Shown: positions 47,457 to 55,600 of the stretch, one piece after another
Position numbering within the stretch: position 1 is the first letter of the stretch
Layout: each line of letters begins with the position of its first letter
DNA from: an uncultured virus (IMG/VR IMGVR_UViG_3300037247_000623)
Taxonomy: Duplodnaviria > Heunggongvirae > Uroviricota > Caudoviricetes
Length of the DNA: 64,000 nucleotides
IMG/VR virus record: IMGVR_UViG_3300037247_000623
Direction: 5' to 3' (one strand)
Program-made: the position numbers and the translations under genes
Notes under the pieces: model-generated
Databases searched by the model: none
Seen by the model: the letters and a program-made list of their open reading frames with translations, nothing else
Told to the model about the DNA's origin: nothing

Positions 47457-48553
47457 GGGCGTGGGAGGCAACTGAGACTCCTAAGAGTTTTATGCTCTTT
47501 ACAGCGTTGTCAGCCTTTGGTGCTGCGTTGGGGAGAAAGGTTTGGAATGACACCCGCGACCCGCATCGTTTGTGGCCGATGCTAAACTTGGTTCTAGTTT
47601 CTGGGAGTGGAAAGGGGAAAAGTTCTGCGATAGACCGGTTCCAGAACCTAATTGAGGGGTTTCCTAAGGGAAAGCGAATACCGATTTCGGAGCAAGCTAC
47701 ACCGGAGAGTTTCCATGACGTGCTCATGGTCAAGTCACAGACCATCCTAAAGGCGTCGGAGATGGCGCGTGCGTTTCCCAAGACGGACTACATGAAGGGC
47801 ATGATTCCGTATGTGACGGAACTTCTTGACTATAAAGACTCTATTAGCCGAAGCACACGGAAGGATGGAGAGCTAGTCGTTCGAAGGCCCTCAGTGACGG
47901 TCATAGCCGGGACAACGATAAACTGGTTGCAGACAGCCTTGCCGGATGAAGCCTTAACGGGGGGCTTCCTAGCACGCTTCTTGATTGTCCACGAGAAGTG
48001 GAAAGATCGAAAGGTAGCCTTTCCTGGCGAAGTAAGCAAGGAGAAGAGAGAAACAGTTAGTGCCTATAGAGAGAAGCTCGCACTGGAGTTCGCACAGCTG
48101 GTTAGGGATACTCCAACGGGTGAGGTTGATTGGGACAACTACAGTGCGAGAGATATTTACTCAGTTTGGTATCATAAGAACGAAGCGGAGACAGGCTACT
48201 TAGAGCCTATTGCAGCGCGTGCCGCAGAGTTTGTACTTCGACTTGCAATCTTGATAGTAGCCTCTTGCGGACGCACTACGATAACTGTGGCCGACATCAA
48301 CTGCGCGATAGGGCTGTATGCCTATGCAACTAAACAACTTATGGAAGTTCTAGTACCATTCACATCGGACGGGAAGTATCAGGGAATGGTGCTAGAAGTG
48401 TTGGGGGACAAGCCGATGGCGCAAGAGGAAATCTATCGGGCGATGCAGAACACACTCATCTCCCAAAAGACGCAGACGATTATTCAGAGCTTGGTGCTGT
48501 CGGGGAAGTTGAAGAGGTTGGAGAACAATAGGTTTGTGAGAGCGAGGGAATGA
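47315..48553 (+). CDS. DUF3987/YfjI-like P-loop helicase with C-terminal winged helix (start uncertain)
   Basis: GSGKGKSSA, TPES, SEM, GGFLARF. Confidence 0.75.
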   Translation: MGSDCEASGGYSTVQMDKEKQELRRAVARGQRLVQTLPKDSWIRRWIGAWEATETPKSFMLFTALSAFGAALGRKVWNDTRDPHRLWPMLNLVLVSGSGKGKSSAIDRFQNLIEGFPKGKRIPISEQATPESFHDVLMVKSQTILKASEMARAFPKTDYMKGMIPYVTELLDYKDSISRSTRKDGELVVRRPSVTVIAGTTINWLQTALPDEALTGGFLARFLIVHEKWKDRKVAFPGEVSKEKRETVSAYREKLALEFAQLVRDTPTGEVDWDNYSARDIYSVWYHKNEAETGYLEPIAARAAEFVLRLAILIVASCGRTTITVADINCAIGLYAYATKQLMEVLVPFTSDGKYQGMVLEVLGDKPMAQEEIYRAMQNTLISQKTQTIIQSLVLSGKLKRLENNRFVRARE

Positions 48554-48661
48554 AGGAGTTTCTAAAAGACGAGGTAAAGCGACAGGCCATTGCCACCGTG
48601 TTTCGTATCTTGGGTGGCTTGATAGTTGGTCTGCTCTTAATTTACTATTTCAAGGGGTAAC

Positions 48662-49483
48662 ATGGCTGAATACATACGCTTTAAGTTCGACACAAAGAAG
48701 CTTAAACTAAAGACGCCCGTAATCCGTATCTATCCATTGGTCTGTTTCCATATCGGCGCGGAGCAGTCAGACGGGAAGTTTATCAACCAGATGATCACGC
48801 GGTTGAAGAACGACCCCAACGGACGGGGTATCTATATGGGTGATGGTGGGGAGTGCGTCATCCGAAGTTCCGTGGGGAACATTTATGAGCAACTTCTCTC
48901 GCCCCAAGGACAACACGACAGGCTCGTGGAACTCTTCGAGCCCGTTAAAGAGAAGCTGCTTTTCGGTATACGAGGTAATCACGGCAATCGAATCTACAAG
49001 GAGACTGGCCTTGAGTTTGACAAAAATCTTTGCCACCGTATTGGAATTCCTTACATGGGTGTTGCTGCCTTTGTTAATCTTGTTGTCAATCGCAGTAGCT
49101 ATGATCTATACGTCCATCATGGTATTGACAGTGGGGTCAGCGCGACAACTAAGATAAGGAAAGCTGAACAGTTGGGAAACAATGCTGAGGTGGACGCGAC
49201 ACTTACGGCGCACTCGCACTATTGTATCGAATTGCCACCACTCTACAAACAGAACTGCGATAACACCAATGCGCGAATTGTAACCAGAGTACAGAGTCAG
49301 TATATTTGTGGCTCAGCCTATGACAGTCGAACAGGCTATGCCGAGGAAAAAGGGTACTCACCCCTACTCCCAAGCCACATCATCATCACGTTCGATGGCA
49401 GGATCATCTCAGGCAAGGCCGTCAAGCAGCAACGGAGTGAGATAGTCAGGTCAACAGCGGATTATGAGATTGTCCCGGCGTAG
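48662..49483 (+). CDS. Metallophosphoesterase
   Basis: FHIG, MGDG, GNHG, HHG, AHSH. Confidence 0.8.
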   Translation: MAEYIRFKFDTKKLKLKTPVIRIYPLVCFHIGAEQSDGKFINQMITRLKNDPNGRGIYMGDGGECVIRSSVGNIYEQLLSPQGQHDRLVELFEPVKEKLLFGIRGNHGNRIYKETGLEFDKNLCHRIGIPYMGVAAFVNLVVNRSSYDLYVHHGIDSGVSATTKIRKAEQLGNNAEVDATLTAHSHYCIELPPLYKQNCDNTNARIVTRVQSQYICGSAYDSRTGYAEEKGYSPLLPSHIIITFDGRIISGKAVKQQRSEIVRSTADYEIVPA

Positions 49484-49484
49484 G

Positions 49485-49865
49485 ATGGATACCCGCTTAC
49501 TATTCTCATCTGCCTCGAAGCATTATCAAACGCCCGGAGATCTAATGGCAGAACTGTACGCGGAGTTTGCCTTAGATTTCGATCCTTGTCCTATTGGAGG
49601 AAGTGAGGGTCTTAGCTGCTCGTGGGAGGGTAAACGGGTTTACTGCAATCCTCCCTATGGGCGTGGAGTTGGGGATTGGTTGAAAAAGGGAAGGGAGGCC
49701 GATGTTGCAGTGTACTTGCTGCCTTCTAGAACGGACACTAAGTGGTGGCATGAGTACGCTATGAAGGCCAATGAGATCAGGTTTCTTCGGGGGCGGTTGC
49801 GATTTCCCCCAGCCACGAACAGTGCCCCCTTTCCCTCGGTAGTGTTAATTTACTTGGAGGTCTAA
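49485..49865 (+). CDS. Phage DNA N6-adenine methyltransferase (Dam-like family)
   Basis: YQTP, FDPC, CNPPYG, LLPSRTDTKWWH, FLRGRLRF, APFPS. Confidence 0.88.
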   Translation: MDTRLLFSSASKHYQTPGDLMAELYAEFALDFDPCPIGGSEGLSCSWEGKRVYCNPPYGRGVGDWLKKGREADVAVYLLPSRTDTKWWHEYAMKANEIRFLRGRLRFPPATNSAPFPSVVLIYLEV

Positions 49866-50062
49866 TGAGCAGAAGAGGGCGACAACAACATACGTACTGC
49901 GTAAAATGCGGAGCACTCTACTTCGGCAGGCGCTTTCCTGAGTGTCCGCACTGCAAGAGTAGTATGGTAGAGTACCATAGTAACGATTGGGTAAACCTGC
50001 ACCAGCAGGTCTATAGGAAGAACCCGGACGCGCTGTTCGGGTATTTGTGGAGGGCTTGGTAG

Positions 50063-50560
50063 ATGAGGTTAGCATTGGATATTGATGATGTCGTCTGTGA
50101 CTTCACTGCAGGATTTTTCTATGCTGCAGGGGTGTCATTGGATAAAGTAAAACTTGTTCATAGCTATGACTATAACGAAGTTTTGGAATTCGAACCCGTA
50201 TGGGAAAAGATTAAAGACGACGACACCTTTTGGCTTACGTTGCCGGTGCTAGATTTGCATATACCATCTTGTTGTGAAGTGTTTCTTTCGGCTCGCCATT
50301 GTCCCCCTGAAATTACAGAAAGATGGCTAAGAAAGTACAATCTTCTTAAGCTGCCTCTTTATCAACGAAAAGATAAACTTAAAGCTCTCCATGAGCTTGA
50401 TCTGGATGGCTTGATCGACGATAAGGCTAAAACCTTTCTAAAGGTACGAAAGGATTTCCCTAAATCATTCTTGCTTTCCCGTCCCTGGAATCGGCACGTC
50501 TCAACTCCAAATAGAATTGGTTGTCTTAAGGAACTTGAGTGGAGAGTGTCGCATGAGTGA
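50063..50560 (+). CDS. HAD-family 5'(3')-deoxyribonucleotidase
   Basis: LDIDDVVCDF, LIDDK, RPWN. Confidence 0.8.
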   Translation: MRLALDIDDVVCDFTAGFFYAAGVSLDKVKLVHSYDYNEVLEFEPVWEKIKDDDTFWLTLPVLDLHIPSCCEVFLSARHCPPEITERWLRKYNLLKLPLYQRKDKLKALHELDLDGLIDDKAKTFLKVRKDFPKSFLLSRPWNRHVSTPNRIGCLKELEWRVSHE

Positions 50561-50864
50561 GGGTAGGAAAGACGACACCGGAAAGCTTCGGTTCGATCTA
50601 ATAGCACCTGACTGTGAAAAAGCTTTAGCAGAGATTCTGACCTTCGGAGCAAAGAAATACGACGACCGTAATTGGGAGAAGGGCCTGTCTTTTGGAAGGG
50701 TATATGGTGCTATGCGCCGACATCAAAACTCGTTCTGGTCGAGAGAAGATCTAGACGACGAAACGGGGTTGCTACATCTCGCGCACGCGTACACGTGTCT
50801 GCACTTTTTACTCCACTATCAACTAAACAAGGAAATATACGGAGGGTTTGATGATCGGCCTTAA
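50553..50864 (+). CDS. dATP/dGTP diphosphohydrolase-like (DUF5664)
   Basis: GRKDDTGK.RFDL, GAKKY..RNWEKG, RH, D.ETGL.HLAHA. Confidence 0.85.
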   Translation: MSEGRKDDTGKLRFDLIAPDCEKALAEILTFGAKKYDDRNWEKGLSFGRVYGAMRRHQNSFWSREDLDDETGLLHLAHAYTCLHFLLHYQLNKEIYGGFDDRP

Positions 50865-51171
50865 TGAATATCAAGACGCCGCGTTTTTCAATAACACGCA
50901 TTCAAGAGCCTTAGAACAGAAGCGAACTAACACGGTCTATTACGGCATACTCGCGTTGGGCGGTGAGGTTGGAGAACTACAAAATAAGTTGAAGAAGTTT
51001 ATTAGAGCAGGAGAAGATCCCAAGGAGCCTGAGAATAAGGCCGTTCTTTTAGACGAGTTAGGAGATTGTTTGTGGTATGTCGCTTGGGTAGCAAGACAAT
51101 TAGACACTTCCTTGGAAGAGATCGCGCGAGGTAACATTGAAAAGCTTAAGGAAAGAAGTAAGAAAGGGTAA
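50848..51171 (+). CDS. MazG-like nucleotide pyrophosphohydrolase
   Basis: GEVGEL..KLKK, ELGDCLWY, NIEKL..R. Confidence 0.88.
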   Translation: MMIGLNEYQDAAFFNNTHSRALEQKRTNTVYYGILALGGEVGELQNKLKKFIRAGEDPKEPENKAVLLDELGDCLWYVAWVARQLDTSLEEIARGNIEKLKERSKKG

Positions 51172-51176
51172 ACTCC

Positions 51177-51560
51177 GTGCTACGTTTTATCCTAATGACG
51201 GTGGTTCTGTTTGTTCCATTCGCTACTATAGGGATACTACCCCCGCCTCCGAAGAACCTCCCTATCCCGAGTTTCAAATCGGAAAAAGCGCGGGTCCTCA
51301 TGTCCACGCTGACGTGGAAAGTTGCCCTATCTGTAAGCCAGTGCTCGAAAGAACCCCTTATCACGGCAAGCCAAAACGGACGCCACCGCCAGAACAGCCA
51401 ACACTACCGAAAAAGGGCGCTTGACTTCCGAACCAAGCACCTGACAAAAAAAGAGCGCACCCAGTTTTCAGGGTGCGTTAAAACTGTCTTAGGGGACAGC
51501 TATTTTGTTAAGTTAGAGTCTAATCACCTTCACGTGGCGCTCCTGGCAGAGCCGCAATAA
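51177..51560 (+). CDS. Peptidase M15-like (probable endolysin) with N-terminal signal anchor
   Basis: SQHY..RALDFR and ESNHLHV zinc-binding motifs; hydrophobic N-terminus. Confidence 0.65.
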   Translation: MLRFILMTVVLFVPFATIGILPPPPKNLPIPSFKSEKARVLMSTLTWKVALSVSQCSKEPLITASQNGRHRQNSQHYRKRALDFRTKHLTKKERTQFSGCVKTVLGDSYFVKLESNHLHVALLAEPQ

Positions 51561-52392
51561 GTTCTCGGCAACGTTCGTTCCCAGCGGGGTTGATGTACAA
51601 GGCTGTTGTTTTCATGGACTTATGTCCCATCATTTCTTGTACAGTTCGGAGGTCTCCACCGGCTCTTAGAAGCATCGTACCGAATGTGTGTCGAAGTTGA
51701 TGGAGTGTAATCCCCTGCAGCCCCGCCCTTCGAACCAAGGAGTTCCATTTCTCCCGCAAGGTGCTCATCGCACCCGCGTAACCCTCAAATACCCTACCTT
51801 CCTTAGTCTCAAACTTCTCTAACAACTCAACCACGTCATCCCGCAGGGGGAGCACCTGTCCTCGGTTGGACTTGAGCTTCTCTGCGGGAATTTCTATTTG
51901 CTTTTCGGCTAGGTTGATGTCGCTCCACTCCAGGAGGAGCATCGTCTGCCCGCGCAGTCCCGTCGTTAAGCCCAGCCGCAAGAGTAGGGCCTCATGGTCA
52001 CACTCGCACGCCTCGAAAAGCGCTACGAGTGCCTCTTCCCTAATGGCCTTACGAACCTGTTCGGGTTCCTTAAGGTGCTTAATCTTGCTAGCTGGGTTAA
52101 AGATAGGAAGGTCGTGTATGTCTATGAGCCAGTTGAACATAGCCCGAAGGACGGCAAGTTCGAAGTTGACGGTTCGAGGAGCCTTGCCCTCTCTAAGACG
52201 GATGAGCTTGAAGTCCTCAACATCGGCTCTCATGACATCCTCTAGGTAGATTTTGTCCTGAAACCTATCGAGGAAGCTCTGCAGGCCCTTAGAGTACCTG
52301 ATCACCGTGGCCTTACTCGCCGTTAACCGCATATAATTCAGATACTTACCGGCGTAGTGTCGGAGTGTAATCCGCTTTTCTCTTCGCAACAT
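51520..52392 (-). CDS. Tyrosine recombinase (XerC/integrase family)
   Basis: TGLR, HQLRHTF, GHKS...TALY catalytic set; N-terminal SAM-like domain. Confidence 0.92.
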   Translation of the reverse strand: MLRREKRITLRHYAGKYLNYMRLTASKATVIRYSKGLQSFLDRFQDKIYLEDVMRADVEDFKLIRLREGKAPRTVNFELAVLRAMFNWLIDIHDLPIFNPASKIKHLKEPEQVRKAIREEALVALFEACECDHEALLLRLGLTTGLRGQTMLLLEWSDINLAEKQIEIPAEKLKSNRGQVLPLRDDVVELLEKFETKEGRVFEGYAGAMSTLREKWNSLVRRAGLQGITLHQLRHTFGTMLLRAGGDLRTVQEMMGHKSMKTTALYINPAGNERCRELIAALPGAPREGD

Positions 52393-52413
52393 TCCCTCCT
52401 ATCTCTTTGCCCT

Positions 52414-52449
52414 CACTATGTTAGACCCTAGAATCACCAAGATTACGAC
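52414..52449 (-). promoter_or_regulatory. Phage ECF-type promoter copy 5 (upstream of the recombinase)
   Basis: GTCGTAAT-N13-GGGTCTAACATAGTG on the minus strand, followed by AGGAGG RBS. Confidence 0.8.
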
Positions 52450-52673
52450 ACTTTCTTTGACTTATTTTCAAGGTGCGTGTCGAGGCGCTTGCCTACATTG
52501 TCAATGCCCGCTTGTAAGTGGGGGAGATCGTTCTTCTTCATGTAATCCACCTTTCCCTCAATGCGTCCGAAGCGGATACCTGCCCGCCACGCGAGGCCAA
52601 AGAGGGATAGAAGGGTTATAGCTGTCCCGGCGAGGGTCGTAAGAGTTTCTGGTTCTAGTAGAGGGTGAGTCAT
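52443..52673 (-). CDS. Holin-like small membrane protein
   Basis: One TM helix followed by a coiled coil (NDLPHL...RLDTHL). Confidence 0.45.
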   Translation of the reverse strand: MTHPLLEPETLTTLAGTAITLLSLFGLAWRAGIRFGRIEGKVDYMKKNDLPHLQAGIDNVGKRLDTHLENKSKKVS

Positions 52674-52674
52674 T

Positions 52675-55600
52675 TTATTGTCCTTGTCCGTCTAGCTTTA
52701 ACGTAAGAACTCTAATTGCATTGGTTAAGGTTCGAACGCGCTCCTTGTATAGCATTGAGAGAAGCCTTCGCTTGTGCTCGATGGACAATTTCTTGCTCAT
52801 AATTACTCGCTCTCGACGAGCCCGAATCTCCGACAACTCCACTCTAATCTCAGCGAGTTTGGGTTGCATACGGTAAAGAAGTCGCTTCTCAGGATCTTTT
52901 ATAGCGTAGTCGATAGCTACTTCCGGCGTCTCTGCATACTTTTTCTTCTTCCAGTCTGTAGTTTTCTTGACCTCGTTGGCCTTATCTGATACCTCGTAGA
53001 AGGCTCGCTCAAGGTCCTGTACAACCTCGTCCATTGTCGAGCCTACGAAGCGCTTGGCGATCCGGCCTACTACAGGAGTCCTAGCTATTGCTTCATCTCC
53101 CTCTAGGGGTAGTGGGGAGAAATCCCGGCCCATTGCCAAGTCAGCTACGTCGAGCCCCATCTGTCCCAAACCACCGAGGAAGCTTTCTATTGTGTACTGG
53201 ATTTTGACAGGAGACTTATTCGTAACGTTCCCTAGCCACTTTGCAAATTCGCTAGTTGTATAGGTGTAACGTTCCCTAGCCTCTATGCCTTCCATAGCAC
53301 GAGATTCGATAGGAGCGCCACCTCGGAAGCCGCTTATATTGCCACCTACTTCTATAATGGTCCGAGGGAGAGGATTCAGGCTGCTCAGTGCGCCGTAGCC
53401 TAATCCTGGTCCTATTCCGTGCTTCTCCAAATCAAACTGCCCTGGGATTAGGTCAGAGATAGCCCTTAGCGCGAGTTTTCCTTTCTGCATTTGCCCCTTG
53501 CTGTGTTGTACAAGTCCTTCTTGAATAGGGTTAACTAGCATTCGAACGACGTGGGGCTTAGGGATCTTAAAGTAGCGATTTCGAGTGGCTCCTGCGCTAG
53601 TTGGCTTTCTTGAGTTACGGAGGATAACCCAGTTGTGATCACGCTCTGTTTGAGAGACACGATATATCTCAGGGTTTCCCTCGTCGTCTAGGAATTGCAT
53701 GTTCCATTTGTGAAGGGTTAGGGCTAGAGCCGTTACGGTAGTCATCATGGTTCCCAAGAGTTTTGGGTTAGTAGCAAGGCGAGAGATATTCCCCACCGTT
53801 CCTTGAATATTAGCGTTGAAGAACATCCAGAGGAGGTTTAATTCTCGGGAGTAAGCACCTCCGCTTGCGAAGTCTGGAGAACCTCCAAACCGCCGTGTTT
53901 CGAAGGCGGCCTCTTTGACTCCTACACCCTTCGCTCGAAGTTCTCGGTAGGTTGTCATTTTAGTCGCCTCTTCAAAGGCGCTGTTGAGTTTTTCTATCTT
54001 ATCTATAGTGAAGGAGAGAGGACGGAATGGAGCACGAATTGCTCTACTAAAGGGATCTCGGGGAGCCACTTTCTCTATCCCTCCAAATAGAAACGTCTTT
54101 GGAGTAATGTTTCTTTGAAGTGTGGAGTAGGCTGCACGGCTTTCGAGGAACTCAAGGTACCGTTCATTCTTTATAACTACGCTAAAAAATGCTTCAGACC
54201 AGTCTTTAGCGAGGAGAGCTACATCTTTAGGGTTTCGGACTCGGGCTTCGGAGATCATCGCCATCCGCTGTACGTCTCGTGCTACGTTCGGGATAGCAAA
54301 CGCGAGGTTAGCTTGAGTTGCGCCCAGTTGAAACCAGCGCTTAGGAATTTTAAGAAGGGTGTCTGCGATGAACCCAACATCCGTCGCATTGAGTTCATTT
54401 AGTGCCTGTGCTAGACTCTTAGGAACCGCGAAGCTTCTGACCCTACCGTTCTCGAAGTAGGAGATTTGGCCCATATTGGGTGGGGGTTGTTCCCTGAATT
54501 TTAATTCACGGACATCTCGACCGAAACCTTCGGGATCAATATCTCGAAGTTGGATAAGACGTTTAGCTGCACGATTTCGACCCGCTTCTCGAATTGTCTC
54601 AATGTGCTGTAAGAGGGATGTCTCTAGTGGGTCAAGATTCTCCAATGCAGATCCTTTAAACGCCCGGAGGATCTTTTGCTGACGTAACTGTAAGTTGGTA
54701 TCGCCGAAGTGCCCTGCCTCCTTAGCCTTCTCTATGATTCGCCAAAGTGGAACGTACTCTTTACCAAGAGCGATACCCGTTGCGTGTGCCTCGTTACTGA
54801 TAATTCCTTCTCTGTGGGCCAAGTCCCACGCCTTTCGGTTTAGCGCCCAGACAGCGTCAGCTGCCTTCTTGACCTCTGCGAACTGCTGTTTACTTAGGTT
54901 GCCCTCAATATCCTTCAGCTCTTTCGAAATCGTCATGAGGTCGTACTTCTTGGGGACGACTTCGCGCTTCTTTAGCATGGTGCCGAATTCTTTGGCTTGA
55001 CGACGATACCTTGCTGCCTCCTTTCGGAATCTACCAAGTTTAGCTGCACCCTGTTTAACTGTAATCTCTCCCTCAGTAACTTGTCGCGCAACTTCGTCGT
55101 AGTTCCCCTTAGCTTCGGTTGCCAGACGAAGAGCTTCGGTACGCTTTCGCACGATGTTCGCAATCCCTCGGCGGTAGGCAAATAGATCAAGATATTGAGT
55201 GAAGTAGTCTCCGAGGCCCAACCGATTGACAACAGTTGCAGCGTTTCCATAACGAATTGCCGCCGCTTCCATAGGTCCGCCCTCTCCACCAAAGACGAGG
55301 CGGGCTTCGAGGTAGGCGGCTTCGGTCTCTGGATCGAGCTTGCGACCGATGGACTTCTCTATTGCCCTCTCTGCTATTCGTATGTTGATGAAACGGTCGT
55401 AGAATCGGCGGACGAACGCTCTAGGAAGCATCGCCAGCCGCTCTGAGAAGCGGGCGGTAGGCCCCTTAGCGTCCTTCCGGGCCTGGAGGATTTCTTGGTA
55501 GCGCTTGGAGACTACTGGGAGTTGCCGGTTTTGGAGTCTTGAGACGGCTTCCTTGATCTTCTCCCCGAGGTTCAGCTTACCACGGATGGTTGGCCCGAAC

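Noticed and set aside
50553..51171. 2-aminoadenine (Z) genome pathway suggested by DUF5664 and MazG
   Set aside because: No PurZ/PurA-like gene is visible, and these hydrolases are common in ordinary phages
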